Assembly: GCA_964602985.1 (NCBI GenBank)
Contig: CAZRTJ010000007.1
Coordinates: forward strand, 15,094 to 79,093
DNA: 64,000 nt
Source of the DNA: an uncultured Bacteroidota bacterium
GTDB taxonomy: Bacteria; CLD3; SB21
Reading direction: 5' to 3'
Below the pieces are notes generated by a model. That model searched no databases. It had not been told where the DNA came from and was given only the letters and a program-made list of their open reading frames with translations. Positions 29,009 through 38,628 of the stretch are shown one piece after another. How positions within the stretch are numbered: the stretch's first letter is position 1; the number at the start of each line of letters is the position of its first letter. A program made the translations under genes and the position numbers.

Positions 29009-31687
29009 TTATTTGGCTTCCAACCAATTGTCACCGACGCCAAGATCTACCTCAAGCGGCACGTGAAGCGTGGCGGCCGATTCCATCTGGACTTTCACAA
29101 TCTCTTCCAATTCGTCGACCTCGCTCCGATCGGCTTCAAAAATCAGTTCGTCATGCACCTGAAGGATCATTCGGGATTGAAGTTTTCGTCGAGAGAGTTC
29201 CTCATGAATACGAATCATCGCGATTTTGATGAGCTCGGCCGCAGTTCCCTGAATTGGAGTATTGATTGCCGCCCGCTCTGCATTTTGGCGGACGGCGTAG
29301 TTGCGGCTCTTGAGATCGGGGAGAAACCGTCGCCGTCCAAACAGCGTGGTGACATAGCCATTTGACTTTCCCTGGTCCAACGTCGTCTGGATGAATTCCT
29401 TGACACGCGGATATTTGGAGAAGTAGTTTTGGATGAATTCCTTGGCCTCTGATTGGGACATGCCAATGCGAGACGCCAATCCAAAAGGAGAAATACCGTA
29501 TAGGATCCCGAAATTAATATCCTTCGCCTTGCGACGGAGTTCGCGTGTCACCTGGTCTGCAGGGACATCAAAAACAAGGCTCGCCGTGCTCGTGTGAATA
29601 TCCTGACCGGCGGCGAAGGTGCCGATCAGATGGGGATCGCCCGACATGTGGGCCATGACACGTAACTCGATCTGCGAGTAGTCCGCAGTCAGTATGACAT
29701 GGCCAGCCTTCTGTGGACCGAATGCCTTGCGGATTTCCCGCCCGATGTCTGTACGAACCGGGATGTTTTGGAAATTCGGATTGGAGGAGGACAGGCGCCC
29801 TGTCGCTGCGACCGTCTGGCTGAAGGTGGAGTGAATCCGGCCCGTGCGCGGGTGTATCAACGGCGGCAAGCCATCGACATAGGTGGATTTCAGTTTGGTC
29901 AGCTGGCGATAATGCAATATCGAGTCCACGATCGGCAGAGATTGGTACTCTTCCAAAACGCGCACATCGGTGGAGTATTGGCCCGTTTTGGTCTTGCGGG
30001 GTTTTTCCACACCGGCAATCTTGTGTATCTGCAATTTGTCGAAGAGAATGTCACCCAGCTGAGACGGGGAATTCACATTGAAGGAAAGACCGGCTTCCTG
30101 GTGAATTCGACTTTCCAACTCCGCGATCTTCCGTGAGAACTCCCTGGACATTTCCGACAGGATCGGTGCGTCGAGCCAGACGCCCGTCCGTTCCATGGTT
30201 GCCAGAACAGGAATCAAGGGAATTTCAATTCCCTGATAGACATCTGTGGAGTGAATCTCCTCCAATCTACGGGTCAGAATCGGGTGCAAGCGGTGCAACG
30301 CATGTGTCTCTGCGACGACCGCCTCCGCCGTTATCGAGGGATTCGAGTCGTCGTACGACAATTTGCCGTTTTCTATTTCAGATGTGGTCGTTGGCACGGA
30401 CTCAGACAGGTATTCTTCTGCGAGGTTTTGCAACGTCGGGTTGCGATCACTGGACAACAAATGACCCGCAATGGAAACGTCAAATAGGGGCCCCTCGATC
30501 CGTGCGCCACACTCTCCCAATAAGATCGCGGATTGTTTGGCGTTGAAGAAAATCTTCTGATGTTCTCCGATGAAAAGCGGAGCGAGATTCGGCATCATCG
30601 ATTCGGCCGGACCTGTGAACGGGACAAAGAAGCCGCTTCCGTCTCCTCGGGTCCAAGCCACGCCGCGCAGTTGTGCCCGCATGGGCTCTACCGAATCAGA
30701 GACAAGCGTGCACGAGACTGATCCAGACGATGAATCCCACGCGGTGCGCATGTCTTCCGGCGTTGGCAGGATGCGAAATTGCGTGTCGCGCCGTTGCGGT
30801 TTGTTCGAAATCGTCTTCTGAAGACGAGAGATCAGGGAGTGAAAGCCATACTCCGTCAACAGCGCGACCAGTCGATCGTCAATGTGCGGCCGCAGAGTCA
30901 GTGTGTCCGGACGGACATCCAGGGGAACATCCGTATCGATAACGGCCAGCTCGCGCGACAGAAACGCGTTCTTGCGATCCGCTTCGACGTTTTGCTTGAG
31001 TTTTCCCTTGAGCTTCTCCGTATTTTCGTATAAGGCGCGGATGGAACCGAATTCGGAAATCAATTTGGCCGCTGTCTTTTCGCCTACACCTGTGACACCC
31101 GGAATGTTGTCTGAAGAATCACCCATCAGGCCCAGAATATCCGGGACCTGCGCGGGTCCAACTCCGAATTTCTCAACAACACTTGCTTCATCCAGAATCT
31201 CAGGGTTTCCGTCTTTTCGAATCGGGTTATAGATGAAAACGTGAGGGGAAACCAGTTGCATGAAGTCCTTATCGGCCGTGACCATAAATACATCCATCCC
31301 GTCCCTGGCAGAACGAACGGCCAGGGTCCCGATGATATCATCTGCCTCGTACCCTGGTACTTCGAGAATCCGGATGCCCATGGCTTCGGTAAGCTCTTTC
31401 AATCGCGGGAGTTGGGGGCCGAGTTCTTCCGGCATCTTCTCACGGGTTGCCTTGTAGGATTCGTATTTTCTGTGGCGGAATGTGGGTTCCGGCGTGTCGA
31501 ACGCGACCGCAAGATGGTCGGGTTTTTCGTCGTTCATGATTTTCAGTATCGCATTGGCAAAACCAAAAATCGCGCTGGTATTCTCGCCTTTTGAATTGCG
31601 CAAAGGATTGTTGATGAAGGTGAAAAATGCGCGGTAGGCGATGGCCATACCGTCCACGAGGAATAGTCTGGGACGAGCGTTTGTCAT
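29009..31687 (-). CDS. polA: DNA polymerase I
   Basis: LFLVDG..YRAF, GYEADD (5'-3' exo); ADYSQIELR, KDINFGILYG, LQVHDEL; start 31687 or 31708. Confidence 0.98.
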   Translation of the reverse strand: MTNARPRLFLVDGMAIAYRAFFTFINNPLRNSKGENTSAIFGFANAILKIMNDEKPDHLAVAFDTPEPTFRHRKYESYKATREKMPEELGPQLPRLKELTEAMGIRILEVPGYEADDIIGTLAVRSARDGMDVFMVTADKDFMQLVSPHVFIYNPIRKDGNPEILDEASVVEKFGVGPAQVPDILGLMGDSSDNIPGVTGVGEKTAAKLISEFGSIRALYENTEKLKGKLKQNVEADRKNAFLSRELAVIDTDVPLDVRPDTLTLRPHIDDRLVALLTEYGFHSLISRLQKTISNKPQRRDTQFRILPTPEDMRTAWDSSSGSVSCTLVSDSVEPMRAQLRGVAWTRGDGSGFFVPFTGPAESMMPNLAPLFIGEHQKIFFNAKQSAILLGECGARIEGPLFDVSIAGHLLSSDRNPTLQNLAEEYLSESVPTTTSEIENGKLSYDDSNPSITAEAVVAETHALHRLHPILTRRLEEIHSTDVYQGIEIPLIPVLATMERTGVWLDAPILSEMSREFSRKIAELESRIHQEAGLSFNVNSPSQLGDILFDKLQIHKIAGVEKPRKTKTGQYSTDVRVLEEYQSLPIVDSILHYRQLTKLKSTYVDGLPPLIHPRTGRIHSTFSQTVAATGRLSSSNPNFQNIPVRTDIGREIRKAFGPQKAGHVILTADYSQIELRVMAHMSGDPHLIGTFAAGQDIHTSTASLVFDVPADQVTRELRRKAKDINFGILYGISPFGLASRIGMSQSEAKEFIQNYFSKYPRVKEFIQTTLDQGKSNGYVTTLFGRRRFLPDLKSRNYAVRQNAERAAINTPIQGTAAELIKIAMIRIHEELSRRKLQSRMILQVHDELIFEADRSEVDELEEIVKVQMESAATLHVPLEVDLGVGDNWLEAK

Positions 31688-31740
31688 TTGCGGCGAGCAA
31701 AGTAACATCCGAGTCGCTAAATAACAAGCGCCAAAAAGGG

Positions 31741-31769
31741 TTGTAAGCGTCGGTCGCCCCGTCTATATT
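31741..31769 (+). promoter_or_regulatory. Putative sigma70 promoter for the symporter gene
   Basis: TTGTAA (31741-46), 17 nt, TATATT (31764-69) in the polA/symporter divergent gap. Confidence 0.5.
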
Positions 31770-31817
31770 CCTCAGCAAGTTCGAGAACCCACGACATCAT
31801 TCTTGGATTGAGGTTGT

Positions 31818-33113
31818 ATGCAATTGCATTCGAAAATCCTGCTGGGGCTTGTGATCGGGCTCGCAGCGGGAATTGGCACCAACTGGATCGTCTCCGATGT
31901 CGTCGAATGGCGCGAGGCCGTAGAATTTGTCATTCGCAACGGGACCGATCCCGTGGGTCAGGTTTTTCTTCGCCTGTTGTTCATGATCGTTATCCCGCTG
32001 GTGTTTGCATCATTGACTCTCGGGGTATTTCAGCTTGGCGATCTTCACAAACTGGGTAGGATCGGCTTCCGTACGATTGGTTTCTTTGTTGGTTTGACTG
32101 TCGTGGCGACTGTCCTCGGACTCCTTTTGATCAACATGGGCCACCCGGGAAAGGGATTTGATGAGGCCACGCAAAAGCACCTGATGGAGTTGTATGGTGG
32201 GAACACCAGCACGGTGATCGAAAAGAGTCGTTCATTGGAATTCACACTGATGACCTTTATCGATATGATTCTGCCGCGGAATCTGTTGAGGGCAGTCGTC
32301 GAAATGCAGATGTTGCCGCTCATCCTCGTGTCGATCCTGTTTGGCTACGTGATGACGACAATGCCGGCGAGTGTGTCCGGTTCTTTGTCCCGCGGATTGA
32401 CGGGCCTGAACGAATTCAGTATTCGTGTCGTCGGCATGGCGATGAGGTTGGCCCCGTACGCCGTTCCGTGCTTGGTATTTGGGATCACGGCGCGTTTCGG
32501 GTTCGCCATTCTCAAGCCGTTGGGCATGTATGTCATTCTGGTGTTTCTCGGGTATGTTCTCCATCTTGTCGGCGTCTATTCGATCGTTTTGCGGCTTCTG
32601 GCCGGCGTTTCGCCATGGAAATTCTTCTCCCGAATCAAACCCGTGATGATCACGGCATTCTCCACTTCATCGAGCAGTGCGACTTTGCCGACGACCATAC
32701 AGGTTGCCGAAACGGATTTGGGCGTGTCTCCCACATTAGCCGGGTTCGTCTTGCCGCTGGGGGCAACCGTCAATATGAATGGAACGGCGCTGTATGAGGG
32801 CATGACGGTTCTGTTCATCGCAGAAGTGTTTGGCGTCGACCTCAGCATCGGTCAGCAGGCGTTGGTCGTCGTGATGGCGGTCTTGACAGCGATCGGCACG
32901 GCCGGAATTCCGGGAGGATCCTTGCCCCTTATCGTTTTGGTGATGCAGGCGGTTCACGTGCCCGCAGAGGGGATCGGCATCATCCTGGGCGTGGATCGTA
33001 TCCTGGATATGGGCCGCACCGTGCTCAACGTCACCGGGGACGTTACAGCTGCCGCGGTGATTTCGCACTGGGAGGGGGAGACGTTGCGACTGGACCGGAA
33101 GGTTGCGTCTTGA
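31818..33113 (+). CDS. Dicarboxylate/amino acid:cation (Na+/H+) symporter, DAACS/GltP family
   Basis: AFSTSSSSATLP, PLGATVNMNGTALY, AIGTAGIPG, VDRILDMGRTVLNVTGD. Confidence 0.95.
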   Translation: MQLHSKILLGLVIGLAAGIGTNWIVSDVVEWREAVEFVIRNGTDPVGQVFLRLLFMIVIPLVFASLTLGVFQLGDLHKLGRIGFRTIGFFVGLTVVATVLGLLLINMGHPGKGFDEATQKHLMELYGGNTSTVIEKSRSLEFTLMTFIDMILPRNLLRAVVEMQMLPLILVSILFGYVMTTMPASVSGSLSRGLTGLNEFSIRVVGMAMRLAPYAVPCLVFGITARFGFAILKPLGMYVILVFLGYVLHLVGVYSIVLRLLAGVSPWKFFSRIKPVMITAFSTSSSSATLPTTIQVAETDLGVSPTLAGFVLPLGATVNMNGTALYEGMTVLFIAEVFGVDLSIGQQALVVVMAVLTAIGTAGIPGGSLPLIVLVMQAVHVPAEGIGIILGVDRILDMGRTVLNVTGDVTAAAVISHWEGETLRLDRKVAS

Positions 33114-33149
33114 TCGCGCGATTCGTATGTTCCAGAAAAAGGAGTTCCC

Positions 33150-33560
33150 TTGCTTACACCACGTAACAAAGTTCTAATCGGGGTTGCCTTGGTGGTCGGA
33201 GTGTTGTCATTTCTGGCCTACACCGGGTTTGATGAGGGAAAGTCGTACTACAAGTTTGTCGATGAATTGAAGGCAATGGGACCGGACGTACACACCAAAC
33301 GTCTGAAAGTACACGGCAACGTCGTCCCCGGAAGCATCAAGAAGGAGGGCTCGAAGCTCGAGTTCTTGTTGACCCGTAATGGAGCCACCATCCCGGTCAA
33401 GTATGTCGGCAAGGATCCGGTTCCCGATACGTTCAAAGATGACTGCGAAGCGGTCATCGACGGACGCTATCTGGAGAGCGGAGTCTTCGAAGGAGAAGTC
33501 ATCCAGGCCAAATGCGCTTCGAAATACGAGGCGGACTACAAAGAACTAAAAAAATCGTAA
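33150..33560 (+). CDS. ccmE: Cytochrome c maturation protein CcmE (CxxxY variant)
   Basis: N-terminal TM, V.G.VVPGS, PDTFK, AKCASKY heme-handling motif. Confidence 0.85.
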   Translation: MLTPRNKVLIGVALVVGVLSFLAYTGFDEGKSYYKFVDELKAMGPDVHTKRLKVHGNVVPGSIKKEGSKLEFLLTRNGATIPVKYVGKDPVPDTFKDDCEAVIDGRYLESGVFEGEVIQAKCASKYEADYKELKKS

Positions 33561-34097
33561 TCACAGTTTCTTGACGCGCTCGGGATGCGCGGCGACAAAG
33601 TCTTTCCAGGATCGCACACGTGACCGGGGAGTGAGACTCCGTCGGGCCTGACAGAGAGCCAGTGCGAGCGCGTCTGATTCGTCTTCCTGCAATTTCTTCC
33701 CGATCTCCAGCAGCTGACCCACCATAAATGCCACCTGTTTCTTCGATGCGGCTCCGTTGCCGACAATCGCGAGCTTGACTTCCCGTGGCGAATACTCTGT
33801 AATCCGGACATTTGCGTGGACGGCAGCGAGGATGCAGGCGCCGCGCGCCTGACCCAGTTTTAACGCGCTCTGGATGTTGCGACTGACGAAAATGTTTTCT
33901 ACCGCACATGCATCCGGCGGATATTGCCTGAGGAGCGTGCTGAGTTCTGCGTAGATCTTCTCCATACGCACCGGCAGGGGATCGGCACTGCGCATCCGGA
34001 TCGTTCCGCTCGCGACGTATTGGACGCGGCCGTTGTTCCGTGTGACGATGCCGTATCCCGTCACCTGACTTCCCGGATCGATCCCCACGATCGTCAT
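33561..34097 (-). CDS. ruvC: Holliday junction resolvase RuvC
   Basis: VGIDPG..TGYG, AVENIF, LKLGQARG, EYSP.EVK, DESDALA. Confidence 0.96.
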   Translation of the reverse strand: MTIVGIDPGSQVTGYGIVTRNNGRVQYVASGTIRMRSADPLPVRMEKIYAELSTLLRQYPPDACAVENIFVSRNIQSALKLGQARGACILAAVHANVRITEYSPREVKLAIVGNGAASKKQVAFMVGQLLEIGKKLQEDESDALALALCQARRSLTPRSRVRSWKDFVAAHPERVKKL

Positions 34098-34462
34098 GGC
34101 CGAACCCGGAAGTACGCCTGACGCTCTCCGGAAAAGCGCAAAATCATTTGCGAGAAATTCAGTTCCTCGATGACATAACTGAAAATAATCTCCGGTGGGG
34201 AATCGCCTGTCGTCAGGTAGAGGATACCGGCATCGATGAAGTAGCTATAGGTCGAGTCAATCCCCAGGCTCGGGTTCACGATGTGGACATCTTTGACAGA
34301 AGAAAACGTCAGGGTGATGGTTTCCTGCGTCACCGAGTTGGTGTATTGCCACATGCCGACAATCAGGTCTTCATACCGGAGGTCCGTGGTGTCGCTGAGG
34401 GATTCCCGACAGGCAGTCGCGGCGAAAATCCCCGCGACGAACAAAAGGCTCACACGGCTCAT
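34094..34462 (-). CDS. Small lipoprotein, lipocalin-like
   Basis: Lipobox ATAC; LIVGMW beta-barrel start; coupled to flanking genes. Confidence 0.6.
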   Translation of the reverse strand: MSRVSLLFVAGIFAATACRESLSDTTDLRYEDLIVGMWQYTNSVTQETITLTFSSVKDVHIVNPSLGIDSTYSYFIDAGILYLTTGDSPPEIIFSYVIEELNFSQMILRFSGERQAYFRVRP

Positions 34463-35271
34463 GGTCGCGACTTTCGTGGAGAAACTTCCTCTTTGCAGTA
34501 ATTCGACAAAGCGTCATACATGTTGGCCATCTCCGGAAAATGCTCCCGCAGATACTTCGCGTGCCGTTCAAGAGTTTCGATGTCGCCTCGCCTGGCAGGA
34601 CCTGTCAGGGACGGAGCAATTCCCATGCGGGTCATGTTTTCCAGTGTCTGCCGGACGATCGGTGCAACCAGGTCGAGCGTTTTATTTTCGGAGAATCCCA
34701 GGGAACTGTACAGGCGAGCCGTCATGTGATGGAGCGCCACGAGAAAGTTGGAAATGACGACGGCCCCGAGATGGTAGGGCGTCTTCGAACCGGTCGGAAT
34801 GGGCACGGCATGCGCTTTCAGAATCTTCACGAGTCTTCTTGCGATGCGGCACGCCTTGGGTTCGCCTTCAATACCGAACCAGATACCGGCAAGGGGAGGG
34901 AGTGGGTTTTGACTTGCAAACGTCTGATAGGGATGCATCGAACCCCGGCTAATGATCGAACTCTCCGCGAGGGCATCCGACGACAGAACACCGGACGTGT
35001 GAAGAAAAACTCGTGCGCACTTTGATAGTGATGAACGAACTCTTTCGGACACACTCCCGACATCGGCGTCCGGAACGCAAAAAACGATTACATCGCAGGT
35101 CTCCAGGATCTCTGGTTTGGCTCCGACACGCCTACTCTTCGTCATCTCCCGAACTCGCAGAACATCGGATTCCCGACGGCACAAGACCGCTTCGAGGCGA
35201 TTTCGATTCTTTGCCAAATGACAAGCTAACGCTGTACCCACTTTCCCAGGCCCCACGAGTCCGATTTTCAT
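34459..35271 (-). CDS. Rossmann-like + DUF2520 domain oxidoreductase
   Basis: IGLVGPGKVG, VPDA, HTSG, MHPYQTF, YHLGAV..SNF, LTGPARRGD. Confidence 0.9.
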   Translation of the reverse strand: MKIGLVGPGKVGTALACHLAKNRNRLEAVLCRRESDVLRVREMTKSRRVGAKPEILETCDVIVFCVPDADVGSVSERVRSSLSKCARVFLHTSGVLSSDALAESSIISRGSMHPYQTFASQNPLPPLAGIWFGIEGEPKACRIARRLVKILKAHAVPIPTGSKTPYHLGAVVISNFLVALHHMTARLYSSLGFSENKTLDLVAPIVRQTLENMTRMGIAPSLTGPARRGDIETLERHAKYLREHFPEMANMYDALSNYCKEEVSPRKSRP

Positions 35272-35385
35272 GAAACGAAACTACGCACCGCATCCGCGAA
35301 AAACAAGGTCACAAAAGGGGCAGTTTTGTTGTTGCTTTTCGGCGGGGGTCGTGGTTAGATTGATCACCCTTTGGTAGGAGAACGC

Positions 35386-35607
35386 ATGGACGCATACTAC
35401 GATGACGTCGTCAACGAGGACTTTCAAGAGATTGCCGAAATATATTTCAACAACTACTTGATTCAGTGGTGTCAGGCCAATCACGTCGATTCACGATCCC
35501 AGGAACACATCAAGCGCGTGCTTTCGGATTACTCGGCTTTCTTTTTTGACAGCTTGATGCACCGGATGTATGACGGAGAACAGGGTCAGGATGATTTGAA
35601 GAATTGA
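35386..35607 (+). CDS. Small acidic hypothetical protein (73 aa)
   Basis: GGAG RBS before ATG 35386; TGATG coupling to the next gene. Confidence 0.65.
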   Translation: MDAYYDDVVNEDFQEIAEIYFNNYLIQWCQANHVDSRSQEHIKRVLSDYSAFFFDSLMHRMYDGEQGQDDLKN

Positions 35608-35996
35608 TGCAACGCATTCATGCGCGCCATTTTGCGCTGGAGGAGGCGCAAGCTCTCTTGTGCGTTTTGAAGGAAGACCTGGAGCGGATGGTTCGCCTCC
35701 ATGCCGCGCTGATTCACTTGAATTATGACATCTATAGACATCGATACTTCGGTGGCCGGGGACCCAATGGGGATCATTACCATCCGCAGGAATTGGAAGA
35801 CTTGGTTCAGATTCTCCGCCACGTGGAAATAAACGGTGTTATTGTGAAGAGCATTTCGGAAGGCCTTGTTGATTTTCCGGCACTGCGAAAGGAAGAAGAG
35901 GTTTACCTGTGCTGGAAGGTGGGAGAAGAAGACATCCAATATTGGCACAACGTGACAGACGGGTTTCAAGGGCGAAGACACGTATCCGAGTTTTGA
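35607..35996 (+). CDS. DUF2203 family protein
   Basis: HFALEEAQALL, GVIVKS...GLVDFPA...EEVYLCWK.GE..I..WH...GF.GR. Confidence 0.88.
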   Translation: MQRIHARHFALEEAQALLCVLKEDLERMVRLHAALIHLNYDIYRHRYFGGRGPNGDHYHPQELEDLVQILRHVEINGVIVKSISEGLVDFPALRKEEEVYLCWKVGEEDIQYWHNVTDGFQGRRHVSEF

Positions 35997-36008
35997 GGAG
36001 GATGCATC

Positions 36009-36671
36009 GTGGATGGCAGGAAGTCTAGAACGGTCCGTCGATCGCCTGCGGCTTCGACGAGGCGTGAGAGCGACTTGTTCAATTTCTACTCTGATCTCGC
36101 ATATACAGAAGGAAGATTTCATCAGTACATTCGCCGATACAAGTATTCTCGAAGAGAAATCTCCCTCATCCAAAAGGCCCTTGAGTTCGCCAAGCTGGTC
36201 CACAATGGACAACAGCGTGTGGAGGGAGGGTTCTATGTTCTTCACCCGATCCGGGTCGCCAATATTCTTCTGCACGAATTGTCCCAAATGTCCTCGGACA
36301 TGGTGTGCGCGGCTCTGCTCCACGATGTGATCGAGAAGTCGGGAATTTCCACGCGGGAGCTCAAGAACAACTTCAATGAAAATGTCTCTCACATGGTCAA
36401 ACAGTTGAGTGTCGATCCCAAGGTCGAGAATTCAAAAGCCGTGTACGTGCAGCAAATTGCCAATGCCGGAGACGGTGTCCGAATGATCAAGCTCTGCGAT
36501 CGATTGGACAATTTGCGAGCGCTCCGCTATCAGGACAACAAGACGCGCATTCGCCGGTACACGCTCGAGACGGAGAAGAAATACCTCCCCATGGCGGAAA
36601 AGACGGCGCTATACTTGTTTCGGGAGATGCGTGGCGAGATTCATCACGCCAAGGCAAAGTTGAAGAAATGA
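36009..36671 (+). CDS. Stand-alone RelA/SpoT-type HD domain protein (small alarmone hydrolase-like)
   Basis: ALEFA...HNGQQR..G..YVLHP..VA, AALLHDVIE, IKLCDRLDNLR. Confidence 0.85.
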   Translation: MDGRKSRTVRRSPAASTRRESDLFNFYSDLAYTEGRFHQYIRRYKYSRREISLIQKALEFAKLVHNGQQRVEGGFYVLHPIRVANILLHELSQMSSDMVCAALLHDVIEKSGISTRELKNNFNENVSHMVKQLSVDPKVENSKAVYVQQIANAGDGVRMIKLCDRLDNLRALRYQDNKTRIRRYTLETEKKYLPMAEKTALYLFREMRGEIHHAKAKLKK

Positions 36672-36877
36672 AACCCTGTCCGGAGTGCGTGGATGAGGAG
36701 ATAGGAAGGCGCATGCTGTTCTGCAAGGACTTCGATTTGACCTGTTTTTCGCTCCTCGATCCACAAAGGTGCAAGCAAGGAGTTTCGGTGTATCTGGGAG
36801 GGAGGGTGTACTTCACGCAGCCGATCCAATCGATCTGCCCACTGTCGGACCCCATCCCGGACGACAGCCTTTCGTAA
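36668..36877 (+). CDS. Small Cys-rich hypothetical protein (69 aa)
   Basis: ATGA overlap with the HD gene; CPEC plus 4 more Cys. Confidence 0.55.
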   Translation: MKPCPECVDEEIGRRMLFCKDFDLTCFSLLDPQRCKQGVSVYLGGRVYFTQPIQSICPLSDPIPDDSLS

Positions 36878-36889
36878 GACTGGATTCTG

Positions 36890-37186
36890 TCAGAGTCGCG
36901 ACAAAAAAGAACGAATCGTTTCTTTCGATGGCGCCTGCGGCGTTTGTCGGGTCTTCAACGTTCCCTCAAAAAAAGCGGCGACAGATCGGGAGCGCGGGGG
37001 AGCGGCTCGTCGGATCTCCATTCCAAGAGGTCCGAGAAATTCCGTGATGGTCAGGTATTGCTTGTCGAAGAACGTACTCACCGGATTTGCATCTTCCAGG
37101 GCCTCGGGAGGATGTGTGGCCCGAAAGAACTGACGTAAAAGTTCTGCCGCGATTCTTGTCTCCGGAAATTCCCTGATCGGCTTCAT
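36890..37186 (-). CDS. Hypothetical protein (98 aa)
   Basis: ATG at 37186 overlaps the V4R gene stop (ATGA); ORF-track start 37324 is probably too long. Confidence 0.55.
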   Translation of the reverse strand: MKPIREFPETRIAAELLRQFFRATHPPEALEDANPVSTFFDKQYLTITEFLGPLGMEIRRAAPPRSRSVAAFFEGTLKTRQTPQAPSKETIRSFLSRL

Positions 37187-37806
37187 GAGGAGGAAACCTC
37201 GGTCTGGAATGCGCGAAAAGCATCGAGGGGCGACAGGGTCTTGGCCCGCAGGGACGTCAGACGGCTCAGCGTTTCCGTGGTGTCCAGGAGAAAGGAACAA
37301 TTGTTGTATCCGTCGTGCTGACACGTGATCTCACAGCACCCCAGTTCCATCTCCGAAATTCGTCCGAAAATCCCGGCGAAGAACCCCGCATACAACTCAC
37401 ACGAGGTCGGTCGTTCCTTGGGCAGAACTTCAGCGGTGGCGGAGGAATGCAAATCAACAAAGAGGAAATCATCCCGCTTGGCCAATTCGAAATGTCCCCA
37501 ACCCAGCGCGGACAGATGTTCCGTGAACAGTCGCTGAAAGTCGGCCATGGATAAATCCCGAAGGTTCGGCGTTTGCGGAAATACCGTCCGCACCAGACTC
37601 TCAAGATACATGAACGCCTGATGTCCCCAAAGATACCCCATCCGGTAGAGGACATCCGCGCTGTCTTGCTTCCACACGCCCGTGACATGAGTCGACAGCG
37701 TTCGCAGGAAGCAGGCGTCCACCGCAAAAATGCGTGAGGATTGATTCAAGAAAATCTCCGCCGTGACGGGCGAGAACTTGATGTACTGGTCTGGTAATAG
37801 ACTCAT
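37183..37806 (-). CDS. V4R (4-vinyl reductase) domain protein, Cys-type
   Basis: LYRMGYLWG, LGWGHF, SCELYAGFFAGIF, CCEITC...CSF. Confidence 0.85.
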   Translation of the reverse strand: MSLLPDQYIKFSPVTAEIFLNQSSRIFAVDACFLRTLSTHVTGVWKQDSADVLYRMGYLWGHQAFMYLESLVRTVFPQTPNLRDLSMADFQRLFTEHLSALGWGHFELAKRDDFLFVDLHSSATAEVLPKERPTSCELYAGFFAGIFGRISEMELGCCEITCQHDGYNNCSFLLDTTETLSRLTSLRAKTLSPLDAFRAFQTEVSSS

Positions 37807-37821
37807 GTGGCTTCCAATCGG

Positions 37822-38628
37822 TTAGGCTATGGCGGCTGTTCTGACGAGCAAGGTTCGAATTTCTCGAGCAATCTCCCGGTACGCCAGCAATCCTGGTGAA
37901 GCGTGCCGAAGGTCCATCAACAGTTCCTTCAAATCGTCGTATCCGGCAAAAAGAAAATTCAAATGCGGATCTCTCGGCACCACCGTCCGGAAGACCAGTT
38001 CGCGCTGGAAATGTTGAAACACCTGATCGCGTACGGCAATGGACATCGGGCTCTCCTCGTCGAACATCGTGAGCACAATGCCGAGCATCTCCAATTCAGA
38101 ATGAGCGCGACTCCGAATTTCCAACATTTGCTGAATCAACTGGGCGACGGTACGCAGACTGAGCGGCTCGCATTGCAGCGGCAGGAGGACATGGGAAACC
38201 GACTGCAGGACGGCATCCGTCACGATCCCTAGGCCTGGCGGGCAATCGATCAGAATCAACTGGAAGTCGGTCGCGGCGGTTTGCAAAGCCTCTCGCAGAA
38301 GACCCGGCGCACGGAATACCTCTTCGAACAACTGCGCGTTGTGTGAGGTGTGCTCCAGACCGGAATCGACAATAGCCAGGTGATCGACAAACGTCCCGTG
38401 GGCCACTGCCGGAAGATCTTCTTCGCCAGCGAGTACGTGGTAAATCCCTTTCCGAGCGCGAATCCGCTGTGGGTCCTGCAAGCCGTGGATGACTCCCCCT
38501 TGCGGGTCCGCGTCCAAAATGAGGACAGACACCCCTTCCTCCGCCAGTCCCAACGCCAAGCCTACGGCCGAAGTGGTTTTACCGACTCCGCCTTTCTGAC
38601 TCACAATGGCGACACTCGGTATCATCAC
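37822..38628 (-). CDS. Orphan ParA/Soj family ATPase
   Basis: SQKGGVGKTT deviant Walker A, LDADPQG, IDCPPGLG, PLQCE..SL; no parB nearby. Confidence 0.92.
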   Translation of the reverse strand: MMIPSVAIVSQKGGVGKTTSAVGLALGLAEEGVSVLILDADPQGGVIHGLQDPQRIRARKGIYHVLAGEEDLPAVAHGTFVDHLAIVDSGLEHTSHNAQLFEEVFRAPGLLREALQTAATDFQLILIDCPPGLGIVTDAVLQSVSHVLLPLQCEPLSLRTVAQLIQQMLEIRSRAHSELEMLGIVLTMFDEESPMSIAVRDQVFQHFQRELVFRTVVPRDPHLNFLFAGYDDLKELLMDLRHASPGLLAYREIAREIRTLLVRTAAIA

